A DNA stretch of 62,851 nucleotides from Clostridia bacterium (lineage in GTDB: Bacteria > Bacillota > Clostridia > Christensenellales > DTU072): contig JAFXIQ010000001.1 of the NCBI GenBank assembly GCA_017533005.1, positions 1 through 62,851 on the forward strand. Reading direction: 5' to 3'. Of the stretch, positions 56,201 through 62,851 are shown piece after piece. Both the position numbers and the translations under genes were made by a program. The notes below the pieces were generated by a model, which saw only the letters and a list, made by a program, of their open reading frames with translations, was not told where the DNA came from and ran no database searches. Each line of letters starts with the position of its first letter. Position 1 is the first letter of the stretch.

Positions 56201-56304
56201 TTAGCTTCCGTAGAAAAAGGAATAAAATATGCCCTTCCTACTAGACGGTTGTCTTTGAAAACCTTGAAGTTGCTAAAGTTGTTACGTTTAGTATTATAAT
56301 TCAT
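53218..56304 (-). CDS. lacZ: GH2 beta-galactosidase (LacZ type), cytoplasmic
   Basis: 1028 aa. Acid/base motif MWSLGNESGG, nucleophile motif FMCEYAHAMG, C-terminal Bgal small-chain-like domain (...GSNSCGP). GGAGGAGAA SD. Confidence 0.9.
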   Translation of the reverse strand: MNYNTKRNNFSNFKVFKDNRLVGRAYFIPFSTEAKAQSATIANKRYVSDKVKCLNGEWDFKYFSRVQDLPKVLDTDAMNFDKVKVPSCWQFTGYEPPVYTNVKYPFKVKPPKVPTSAQGTYKDAVDGESYVLNGKQYNSVGVYRKFFDIETLDKEYILSFLGISSCGEIYLNGKYVGYSEVSHNTAEYDINSYLQLGQNELVVIVYKWCTGSYLEDQDMFRNNGIFRDVLLFVNEKSYVYDFEFNTTKRADFYDAIVNVDVKAPDGATVVVTLQDKGKVVAMRSVEAKTRTTVAFDSLVVKEWNAEEPYLYDLTIKLVKTGRILECIKKKVGFKTITINKRVFLFNGKKIKIRGVNHHDTSDVNGYYMTVEEIERDIKLCKDFNVNAIRTSHYPPDPALIEYADQYGIYIIDEADIETHGTKTKGQISNKRRWREHYWDRVENMYMRDRNSPSITMWSLGNESGGIKCQDYCYTLLKKKTAIPIHYERACVYPRTGYDVCSTMYTSINWLKKIGEGKTMPPGIVRKSSVYKKMPFFMCEYAHAMGVGAGNLKEYWDVFYRYDALMGGCIWEMVDHAVKHEADKPYKWTYGGDHGEYRHDGNFCVDGLFYPDRTPHTGAYQMKNVYSPLTAKMVGAGMIEITNRLAFRNASYLTIKGTILVEGERAYTFELPSDIEAGETRRYNLNFDIVAGTDASLNLDYYDGEKLVASKGLTLKEAPTKIDLPRAKKPSLTETSNLVVVDFGYGSVRFDKHSGAIISYKIDNNEYLAEGAFERGGNRNGKMYTSIYRAPIDNDMNIKKAWNKWGYKDLVAECADIEAYNFDTFVVVQSKVNLSHKGRVLFNVEDKYIVDGNGAIRVKSTLKPIAKGMPLIPRIGKTLELKKEFNDVIYYGYGDYECYPDFKEQSRLGVYRRNVDDFMQKYIRPQESGNRTDVRYAAIKNAKGEGIMILAQDKPFNFNVKRVSDTALAEYKHQEDVKLEDTNYVAIDGYMLGVGSNSCGPMTLQEYQLTANKSYSYGFQIIPFKAIND

Positions 56305-56332
56305 TTTCTCCTCCGAAAACGATTAATTATAT

Positions 56333-57862
56333 CTATTCTGCTCGACCAACCGAGTTGTTTGCAGTTTGTGTTTTGGAAGTGTCGCCACCTGTTATAGTGG
56401 GAGTTATACTGTTGTTAACTTTTAACACTTCTACGCCATTAGTATAACCGGCTACGCCACCCGCGTAAACGGCACCCGATGAAGAAACGTTAATTTCATT
56501 CGTTACGGAAATTCCTCTCATTTCCATTTCCATAACGGTTAGATTTTTGGCGTTGCCCACGATACCTCCGGCAAAAGTATTGCAACGCCCTGCGTTTATA
56601 TCTATCTTGCCTGAGTTATAGACGTTTATTAGACTTTGGTTATTTAACGCACCGAATACACCACCAACGTATAACGTCTTTCCGTCAGCACCACCCGTTA
56701 TCAAAATGGTTATATTGCCTTTATTCTCTAAAATATTGCCATAGTCTAGGTATTGAACATTTTGTGCGAATTCATAAACTTTTTCTAAAGTGCCACATAT
56801 CCCACCAACGTAAATGTTTTCCATCGTATCGGGATTAGCCATACCAACGTTAATGGCTCCGTTGTAAACGGTATTTACGATTGAATAATTTCTGCTTCCA
56901 CCAACAACGCCACCTATAGCGTAATTTTTACCGCTAGCGCTTACGTCGATTTTTACGTTAGAATAGCAGTCTTTGATTTCAGCCGAAACGCTATAGTCGT
57001 AATTTCTTGGTTGACAAGTAGCATATCCTACTATACCACCTACGTAAACCGTTAGTGGTACGGTGGTGTTTTGCGTAATACCAATTGCGCCGTCAACATA
57101 ACAACCTAATATCGCCGTTGATTGCGCTTTTTCTACTAATACGCCACAATTTCTAGAAGTGTTTATTTCTACGTTACCTACGACGTTAGTTAGATTTACA
57201 CCAACTATTTCACCACTACGTGTTTCTTTGAAAAGTCCACCGTTTATGGCATAACTGAAGTTATTGAGTTTATGATTATTGCCGAAATAAGAACCTTTGA
57301 ATTCTTTAAAGCTTACGGTTTGCCCTTGTAAATCGATGTCAGCAGTTTGTATGTAAACTTTGCCTTGTGTATTTTCTTCATTAGAAAGCGCGATAAACTC
57401 GTCTAGGCTAGAAATCGTTGCATCCACCTTGACTACTGTAACAGTGATTTTTGAAATAGTTGCACCGTCAAATATTACGTTAAAGGTGGTACTATCGCCC
57501 AATTCTGCGCTTTCGTTTTTCAATATAAAGTCCGAAGTTAGCGTCAAGCCTACTTTATCTTCACAACTAATAGAAACCTTTTCAAGTGGAATATTGTTTA
57601 ACCAACTGGTATCAATAGAAAAACCCGAACTATCCCCTTCTTGTATGGCGTAATGATATACTCGACTCTCTGGACTGGTATAAACGCCTGACGGGGTTTC
57701 GGGCTTATTGAAATGCACGTATAGGCCGATACCTGTACCAATTAGCGCAAGTACAAGCACGGATGCAACTGTTATTATGATTATTTTTTTCTTCTTTTGG
57801 GGCGAAAGTGGCTCTTTTTTTACTTTTTCACTATTCGCCTTAACGGTTTCTTTCTTCGACAT
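56333..57862 (-). CDS. 509-aa membrane-anchored GLUG-repeat surface protein
   Basis: Lys-rich N-terminus plus a single TM segment (IIIITVASVLVLALIGTGIGLYV). Then LDEFIAL...VYIQTADIDLQG..V.FKEFKGSYFGNNHKLNNF and repeated YVGG(I/V)(V/C)G... GLUG-type units as in 45065-50701. Confidence 0.8.
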   Translation of the reverse strand: MSKKETVKANSEKVKKEPLSPQKKKKIIIITVASVLVLALIGTGIGLYVHFNKPETPSGVYTSPESRVYHYAIQEGDSSGFSIDTSWLNNIPLEKVSISCEDKVGLTLTSDFILKNESAELGDSTTFNVIFDGATISKITVTVVKVDATISSLDEFIALSNEENTQGKVYIQTADIDLQGQTVSFKEFKGSYFGNNHKLNNFSYAINGGLFKETRSGEIVGVNLTNVVGNVEINTSRNCGVLVEKAQSTAILGCYVDGAIGITQNTTVPLTVYVGGIVGYATCQPRNYDYSVSAEIKDCYSNVKIDVSASGKNYAIGGVVGGSRNYSIVNTVYNGAINVGMANPDTMENIYVGGICGTLEKVYEFAQNVQYLDYGNILENKGNITILITGGADGKTLYVGGVFGALNNQSLINVYNSGKIDINAGRCNTFAGGIVGNAKNLTVMEMEMRGISVTNEINVSSSGAVYAGGVAGYTNGVEVLKVNNSITPTITGGDTSKTQTANNSVGRAE

Positions 57863-57868
57863 ATCTCT

Positions 57869-57897
57869 ATTATATTATATAAATAGAAATTTAGCAA
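57869..57897 (-). promoter_or_regulatory. sigma70-like promoter placed for a leaderless or near-leaderless transcript of the 509-aa GLUG gene
   Basis: On the - strand: TTGCTA (57897-57892), 17 nt, TATAAT (57874-57869), then only 6 nt (AGAGAT) before ATG 57862. There is no SD, and an in-frame TAG lies 9 nt upstream of the ATG. Confidence 0.45.
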
Positions 57898-57913
57898 GAA
57901 GAAATGATATAAT

Positions 57914-57928
57914 TGCGCGCGCACGCGC
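57914..57928. repeat. CG-rich alternating purine-pyrimidine tract (reverse orientation copy)
   Basis: TGCGCGCGCACGCGC. Its reverse complement contains the 14-mer CGCGTGCGCGCGCA, identical to 26474-26487. It lies 16 nt upstream of the -35 of the 509-aa gene and 4 nt downstream of the ABC gene's stop. Confidence 0.8.
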
Positions 57929-57932
57929 TCTC

Positions 57933-60305
57933 TTATTCCGTGCGTAAAGCCTTTACGGGGTCTTTCTTGGTCGATTTATAAGCTGGAACTATGCCGGAAA
58001 TCATTGTTAGCGCTATGCTTATTCCTACCAAAATGCCTGCGTATCCTATATGTAAACTAGCGATTTTTTCAACGTTGATAAGCGAATTTATAATTAAATT
58101 GATAGGTACCGTCAGTAAATAAGTCGTTGCGATGCCGATAATACCCGAAATCGCACCAATAATAAAAGTTTCTGCGACAAAAACGTTCATAACGTCCTTT
58201 TTCCTTGCACCTATACTACGTAAAATACCGATTTCCTTTGTTCTTTCCAGTACGGAAACGTAGGTTATAATCGATATCATTATACTCGAAACGATAAGTG
58301 ATATCGCAGTAAAAGCAATAAGTACGTAACTTATGATGTCAACGAAAGATTTAATCGTTGATGCTATTATTTCCGAATAATCGGTAAAAACTATGCGTTC
58401 GGATTTCTTTTTGCCAATATTGTAACCATTCAAAACGATTTTTATATAATCCTTGCTCTCGAAATCTTTGGGATAGATAAGTATTTCGTTAGGAACTTTT
58501 TCGCCACCGAGAGAACGATACATTTCTTCTCTCTTATTTGCGTTAGTAACGTCGCTTGTTGCGTAACGTGCGCCAGTAAACGGACTAAAGTCAGGGTTTG
58601 CGTCCATATATTTAACGATAAGCGATTCGTCATTTACTTCTTGTAGATAGTCGTAGAGCTCTTCCAAATAGCCTATGCCCGTTGATAAAACGCCCATTTG
58701 CGTAGATGGTTTAATACGAAGAATACCTACTATTGTCAAGGTTTCTGCGTTGTAGAAATCAATATTTTTGTTTGCATTGACTGCAAATATGCCGTTATCT
58801 TTTTGGTAATAAAGCTCGTCGTTCTTTATAAGTTTGTATTCTCTGCCTAAAATTTCTTCAAAAGTATACTCGGTAACGATAGAATCATTTTCCAAAATAC
58901 CTAATCGTACCAAAATATCTTCATGGATGTGATTTGTTTCATCAACTATTATAGCAATTTCGTTCTTGTTTTCAGGATAACGCCCACCACCTTCTACTAC
59001 CTCGTATTGCGAAGTAATAAATTCCTTCTTAAGTAGTCTTTGCCAGTTAGACGTATTCATGGAAGTATATTTCTCTTCCCCTTCTTTTATGCCATAAATA
59101 GGTATGGTCATATCCGTCTTATAAACGATATCAGCGCACCATTCCGCATCTAGATTCTCTTCAATGTAGTCAACGTATTCCTGTGTAATAACGTTAGTTG
59201 CAAAAAAGTCGGTTACTTTCTTTGCTTCCTTAACAAATATCTTTTTCACTGTTGGGAACTTTTCTAGTTCGGTAGCAGAAGAAAGCGTGTCCATCGCCTT
59301 GTCGATGTCTAGAGCCATTTCTGAAATGGTTATAGGGCTAACGGAAAGCGTATCTAGCTGAATCTTTTCTATGTAATTATTAAGGCCACCCGATATTGCT
59401 AGGATAAGCGCTATACCGATTATACCGATAGAACCAGCGATTGAAGTTAAAATCGTGCGTCCTTTCTTCGTTAGTAAATTAGCCCAACTTAACGACAATG
59501 CAGTTGAAAATCTCATTGACGATTTTTTGTCTTTGGTCTTCCTTTTATTGAATTTTAGGAGCCTTTTCTTAGGATTAATGATTTCTTCTTCCGGAACGAT
59601 TACAGCTTCTTCTAACTTCTCTTCGTGAACGTACGGCATAGAATCGTCTATAATTTTGCCGTCTAGCATTTTGACAAGTCTAGTAGAATAACGCTCCGCA
59701 AGCTCCGGGTTATGCGTTACCATTATGACGAGTTTATCACGAGAAATTTCGGATATCAGCTCCATGATTTGTTCACTCGTTTCGGTGTCAAGTGCGCCTG
59801 TTGGTTCATCGGCAAGAAGAATTTCCGGCTCGTTTACTATAGCTCTTGCTATGGCAACTCTTTGCATTTGTCCACCGGATAATTCGTTTGGCTTTTGCTT
59901 GAGGTAATCTCCGAGCCCAACTTTTACGAGAGCCTCTTTTGCTCTTCTTCTGCGCTCTTCTAGGCTTATTCCAGATATTGTGAGCGCTAACTCAACGTTA
60001 CCTAATACGGATAAATGCGTTATTAAATTGTAGCTTTGAAATACAAATCCTATGCGTTTATTTCTATAATTATCCCAATCTCTGCTAGCGTAATCCTTGG
60101 TCGAAACTCCTTCTACTACCAAGTCGCCGTCTGTGTATTTATCAAGCCCGCCTATTATATTCATAAGCGTAGTTTTTCCACAGCCTGAAGGGCCTAGAAT
60201 AGATACGAATTCATTCCTTCTAAAATCAATATTGACGCCTTTCAGCGCCTTTATTGTTTGTTCTCCTACATAATAATTCTTGATAACGTTCTTAAGTTGT
60301 AACAT
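57933..60305 (-). CDS. fused MacB/FtsX-type ABC transporter (N-terminal ATPase + 4-TM permease with large extracytoplasmic domain)
   Basis: Walker A GPSGCGKTT, signature LSGGQMQR, Walker B LLADEPTGALD. Then TM1, a ~340-aa extracytoplasmic domain and the C-terminal FtsX-type 3-TM bundle (...LERTKEIGILRSIGARKKDV...). Confidence 0.88.
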   Translation of the reverse strand: MLQLKNVIKNYYVGEQTIKALKGVNIDFRRNEFVSILGPSGCGKTTLMNIIGGLDKYTDGDLVVEGVSTKDYASRDWDNYRNKRIGFVFQSYNLITHLSVLGNVELALTISGISLEERRRRAKEALVKVGLGDYLKQKPNELSGGQMQRVAIARAIVNEPEILLADEPTGALDTETSEQIMELISEISRDKLVIMVTHNPELAERYSTRLVKMLDGKIIDDSMPYVHEEKLEEAVIVPEEEIINPKKRLLKFNKRKTKDKKSSMRFSTALSLSWANLLTKKGRTILTSIAGSIGIIGIALILAISGGLNNYIEKIQLDTLSVSPITISEMALDIDKAMDTLSSATELEKFPTVKKIFVKEAKKVTDFFATNVITQEYVDYIEENLDAEWCADIVYKTDMTIPIYGIKEGEEKYTSMNTSNWQRLLKKEFITSQYEVVEGGGRYPENKNEIAIIVDETNHIHEDILVRLGILENDSIVTEYTFEEILGREYKLIKNDELYYQKDNGIFAVNANKNIDFYNAETLTIVGILRIKPSTQMGVLSTGIGYLEELYDYLQEVNDESLIVKYMDANPDFSPFTGARYATSDVTNANKREEMYRSLGGEKVPNEILIYPKDFESKDYIKIVLNGYNIGKKKSERIVFTDYSEIIASTIKSFVDIISYVLIAFTAISLIVSSIMISIITYVSVLERTKEIGILRSIGARKKDVMNVFVAETFIIGAISGIIGIATTYLLTVPINLIINSLINVEKIASLHIGYAGILVGISIALTMISGIVPAYKSTKKDPVKALRTE

Positions 60306-60376
60306 TTATTACTCCATTATATGATTTTAGAGAAAAAATAAAACGCCTAAGGGCGCTTTATTTGTGTATTTAACTT

Positions 60377-61324
60377 TTAGCGTGCTCTTCTCCTTCTAAC
60401 ACGTAAGTTCGCAAAGTATGCCTTGTAAATGCTGTTTACGCGTTTTTTGGCTGTTTCTAAAGAAGATGCGCGTGGGATGCAGATGTAGCCTGAACGGTCG
60501 AGTTTGTTGTCGTAACGTTGGAAATCTTTATTGATGTTTATGTAGACGTTTCCGTTAGTTACGTGTAATACTCCGAATAACACGTTTCTTACGTACACTA
60601 GGTCACAGTCATAACCCTTGTCAATCTTCATTCCACCATCTAGTAGGAATTGGCGCATATTTTCGTATATATAAAGGTTCTCTATTGATAGCTTGTTAAT
60701 GTTAACGCCTTCGGGGAACGGACTGCCTAGATTCTTCATTTTTACTCTGTATGCACATACCCAAATCGGTATACCCACCATTATGAAAGCTAGAAGAACC
60801 AATGATAAATATTTTAGCCAATCGTAGTAGCAAAGATATTCCGTAATTAAGCCTAGATAAGGAATGACTGCAACTTGTTTACCTAGTATATTACCAGACA
60901 CAATGTTATATGAATTCAAATTCATGCTATCAACGTCGTGTGACAAGTAAATCGTGCTCTCACCGTCTTCTGCATAAATGTTGTAGAAAACTTGCGTTAT
61001 TATTACGTCTTCGTTCTTGTCGTTCTTAACGATAAATGCAAAAACGTCGTTCTTTTCTAGTGGGTCTTTTTCGTAATCGTATGCCTTAACTAAAATCTTG
61101 CTACCAGCTTTGATAGTTAGCATCTTCTCGCCTTCGTCAACCTCATCGGGGTCGATTTCTGCACTCTCTTCCATGTAATCGTAGAATCGATAGCCGAAAA
61201 TATCTGCTTTGACGTCGAAGGTGTTAAGGAATAACACAACGAAAATAATAGCATAAACAATGGCCATTATAAATGCCCATATGATTGGTGTCGTTATTTT
61301 TTTCTGTTCTGCTAGATTACGCAT
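60377..61324 (-). CDS. membrane protein with a SipW/S26B signal-peptidase-like domain lacking catalytic residues, plus a ~120-aa cytoplasmic C-terminal domain
   Basis: TM1, then FGYRFYDYMEESAEI where SipW-type enzymes have FGY...V.SGSMEP. Then GSKILVKA, NDVFAFIV and ILGKQVAVIPYLGLI (compare GKV...IPYLGY), then TM2. The Ser and His positions are substituted. Confidence 0.55.
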   Translation of the reverse strand: MRNLAEQKKITTPIIWAFIMAIVYAIIFVVLFLNTFDVKADIFGYRFYDYMEESAEIDPDEVDEGEKMLTIKAGSKILVKAYDYEKDPLEKNDVFAFIVKNDKNEDVIITQVFYNIYAEDGESTIYLSHDVDSMNLNSYNIVSGNILGKQVAVIPYLGLITEYLCYYDWLKYLSLVLLAFIMVGIPIWVCAYRVKMKNLGSPFPEGVNINKLSIENLYIYENMRQFLLDGGMKIDKGYDCDLVYVRNVLFGVLHVTNGNVYININKDFQRYDNKLDRSGYICIPRASSLETAKKRVNSIYKAYFANLRVRRRRAR

Positions 61325-61430
61325 GACTTACCCTTACGGAATTACTCCATATAATATTTTATATTATTATATAACATATACGAAGTAAATTCAATACAAT
61401 TTAAAATATTTATTTAACTTTTTTGGATTC

Positions 61431-61997
61431 CTATAAATTAGGCGTGATACCTTTATGCACGTTATCGTAGCCATCAATATACTTATTGATATACTCCATA
61501 GCCTCTTCTATCGAGTTAGCCGCGTAGATTTGGTCCTCTGGATATTCGGGATAACGAATGCGGTCATCAAGACTCATACCGGCGAGTTTAGCACTCCAAC
61601 CAGTGGCTTTTGTCATACCAATTACGAGCTTTTTTAGTGCCCAAGCATTAGCTATTTCACACAAAGTCCCCGCGCCACCACCAACTGCAATGACAGCCGA
61701 AGCACTCGCTACTATGACGTTTCTATATACGTCAAGACCTGTAGGAATGGCGATATCGACGTACTCGTTAGCCGTAGAAATATCAAACGACGGAAGGATA
61801 CCTATGACGTCGCCGTCCTTATAATTACTTGAAGCGTGCGCGCCTTTACAGGCTGCAAGCATAACTCCGTTCAAACCACCACATTGTAAGCGATAGCCAT
61901 TGTCCACGATTGCTTTACCGACTTCGAAAGCAATTTGTTCATTAAGCGAGCCTACTGGTGGTCTAGCGTTACCAACTACTGCAATAATTTTTTTCAT
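61431..61997 (-). CDS. TIGR00725/LOG-family (COG1611-like Rossmann) protein
   Basis: CGGLNGVMLAACKGA and VGGGAGTLCEIANAW (PGGxGTxxE-type) motifs. I prefer ATG 61997 (AGGTGG SD, MKKIIAVVGN...). Confidence 0.7.
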   Translation of the reverse strand: MKKIIAVVGNARPPVGSLNEQIAFEVGKAIVDNGYRLQCGGLNGVMLAACKGAHASSNYKDGDVIGILPSFDISTANEYVDIAIPTGLDVYRNVIVASASAVIAVGGGAGTLCEIANAWALKKLVIGMTKATGWSAKLAGMSLDDRIRYPEYPEDQIYAANSIEEAMEYINKYIDGYDNVHKGITPNL

Positions 61998-62065
61998 AAT
62001 CCACCTATTTATAATGTAGTATATGAAACATTTTACCACTATTGCAAAAAAAATTCAAGATTTAA

Positions 62066-62094
62066 TTTACAAAGCGAAAATAATATAGTATTAT
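62066..62094 (+). promoter_or_regulatory. candidate promoter for tRNA-Ser
   Basis: TTTACA (62066-62071), 17 nt, TATTAT (62089-62094). The tRNA starts 12 nt downstream. Confidence 0.4.
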
Positions 62095-62105
62095 ATTGAG
62101 GAAAT

Positions 62106-62197
62106 GGAGAGATGGCGGAGCCTGGTTGAACGCGCACGATTCGAAATCGTGTGAGCTGGGGACAGTTCCGTGGGTTCGAATCCCACTCTCTCCGCCA
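62106..62197 (+). tRNA. tRNA-Ser (anticodon CGA)
   Basis: Acceptor GGAGAGA/TCTCTCC, anticodon stem CACGA/TCGTG with loop TTCGAAA (CGA), long variable arm, T arm GTGGG-TTCGAAT-CCCAC, encoded GCCA end. Confidence 0.88.
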
Positions 62198-62202
62198 AGT
62201 GA

Positions 62203-62246
62203 GACAGTGGCGAACCCAGAATCAATTCGCTACTGTCTTTTCTTTT
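62203..62246 (+). terminator. rho-independent terminator after tRNA-Ser
   Basis: GACAGTGGCGAA / TTCGCTACTGTC (12-bp stem with one G-U) with an 11-nt loop, followed by TTTTCTTTT. Confidence 0.6.
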
Positions 62247-62387
62247 AGTTTTAATTAGAAAACGTCCATTTTCTTATACCTCGCTGTTATTTCAGCGGGG
62301 TATATTTTTATCTTTTTCTCTTAAAGAAAAATCTTTTGAATTGATTTTATTTTGCTTATTATGGATATTAATAGGCTTTAGGTCGTG

Positions 62388-62612
62388 TTACATCTTCGTC
62401 ATTGCCCATTGAATAAATATTGCCATTCCTTGGCGTGCGCGCGTCATCAACACTCGATATGCATTCTTTAGATATAGCTTATTGTCTTCGAAATTAACCC
62501 TATTCCACTTGCTTCCCGAAAAATTATTAAAAGTCCATTCGCCATTAACAAAGCGAAGGTCTGCGTCCCACGCTAAAATAGAGTAATCTATTTCAAGTCC
62601 CTGAATATCAAT
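62388..62612 (-). pseudogene. C-terminal remnant of a DUF2075/SF1 (UvrD-like) helicase-family gene
   Basis: My translation is IDIQGLEIDYSILAWDADLRFVNGEWTFNNFSGSKWNRVNFEDNKLYLKNAYRVLMTRARQGMAIFIQWAMTKM*. The QGLE.DY and AYRVL.TRAR.G motifs are typical of the C-terminal end of these ATPases. There is no start codon and no N-terminal domains. It overlaps the 3' end of the LRR ORF in another frame. Confidence 0.55.
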
Positions 62613-62851
62613 TCAAGATTACTATACTCTTTCTTAAGGGTATATATTATATTTTTATCTGTTCCTTTATAGATAATTCTTTTTAAATTTTTACATCTCG
62701 CTAATGCTTCATAGCTCATTGTTTTTAATGAATTAGGCAATGTTATTTCTTCTATAGACGTATTCTTAATAACCCACATTTTTATTTCTTCTAATCCCTC
62801 TTGTAGATTTAGCCTTTGTAGTTTCCTACAATTATTAAATATACAGGTTTC
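62588..62851 (-). CDS. BspA-type leucine-rich-repeat protein, 5' end outside the window
   Basis: The frame is open from the window edge: ETCIFNNCRKLQRLNLQEGLEEIKMWVIKNTSIEEITLPNSLKTMSYEALARCKNLKRIIYKG.... The F..C..L..I.LP.S....... periodicity matches the LRR_5/BspA type. The last ~10 codons read through the helicase remnant out of frame. Confidence 0.55.
   Translation of the reverse strand, partial: ETCIFNNCRKLQRLNLQEGLEEIKMWVIKNTSIEEITLPNSLKTMSYEALARCKNLKRIIYKGTDKNIIYTLKKEYSNLELIFRDLK

Noticed and set aside
14921-57862. Diversity-generating retroelement or invertible-promoter (inverton) control of the surface proteins
   Set aside because: There is no reverse transcriptase, template repeat or invertase gene in the window. 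I found no inverted repeats of 10 bp or more bracketing the predicted promoters, only short palindromes within them.
62433-62447. CG-rich tract GCGTGCGCGCGTCA as another copy of the intergenic motif (also murB 5770-5795 and dnaE ~8651-8660)
   Set aside because: These lie in coding or ex-coding sequence and are explained by the CG-rich Thr/Arg/Ala codons (for example TRARQ). I did not count them as regulatory copies, but they show the background is not zero.
1-62851. Alternative genetic code (TGA = Trp) or general stop-codon reassignment
   Set aside because: TAA, TAG and TGA all terminate well-supported genes at sensible positions, and long ORFs are intact under the standard code. Only the single TAG at 27221-27223 is suspicious.

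Overview
About 62.9 kb of chromosome from what looks like a low-GC Gram-positive (Bacillota/Clostridia-like) bacterium; the taxon is inferred from gene content, strong AGGAG-type Shine-Dalgarno (SD) sites and lipobox/GLUG/MBG surface proteins. All domain calls rest on motifs read by eye from the ORF track and my own translations; no database search was possible. Positions 1-11930 are ordinary housekeeping genes, mostly on the + strand: a NitT/TauT-type ABC importer, a YkvI-like membrane protein, murB, whiA, dnaE and an APC permease. An edge-truncated secreted protein lies on the - strand at 1-1358. From 11965 to 62039 every protein gene is on the - strand, and only tRNA-Glu and tRNA-Ser are on +. 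This 50-kb block starts with a Cof phosphatase and uvrC and then becomes accessory-like. It holds (i) four large surface proteins taking about 35% of the window: a 3817-aa lipoprotein, a 1221-aa paralogous lipoprotein, an 1878-aa GLUG/MBG protein and a 509-aa GLUG protein. It also holds (ii) a small gene resembling a catalytically degenerate Y1/HUH (IS200/RayT-type) transposase, split by one in-frame TAG. This gene sits beside (iii) a cluster of CG-rich, strictly alternating purine-pyrimidine tracts that overlap the giant gene's promoter and recur upstream of other surface-protein genes. Further elements are (iv) an orphan operon of class-III aminotransferase, FGGY kinase, an active plus a degenerate class-II aldolase, and a GPH symporter. 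Next is (v) a cytoplasmic glycosidase/phosphoesterase cluster (GH20, GH2 lacZ-like, (alpha/alpha)6 GH, GDPD, PHP, and a 762-aa unknown) with a citrate synthase embedded in it. Last are (vi) a fused MacB-type ABC transporter next to a SipW-like signal peptidase homologue lacking its catalytic residues, and (vii) a tRNA-Ser-proximal junction with a helicase gene remnant and a BspA-type LRR gene fragment. No CRISPR array, rRNA, intact transposase/integrase or reverse transcriptase was seen. The best candidates for undescribed biology are the CG-tract/degenerate-transposase/surface-protein promoter arrangement and the orphan aminotransferase-kinase-aldolase operon.
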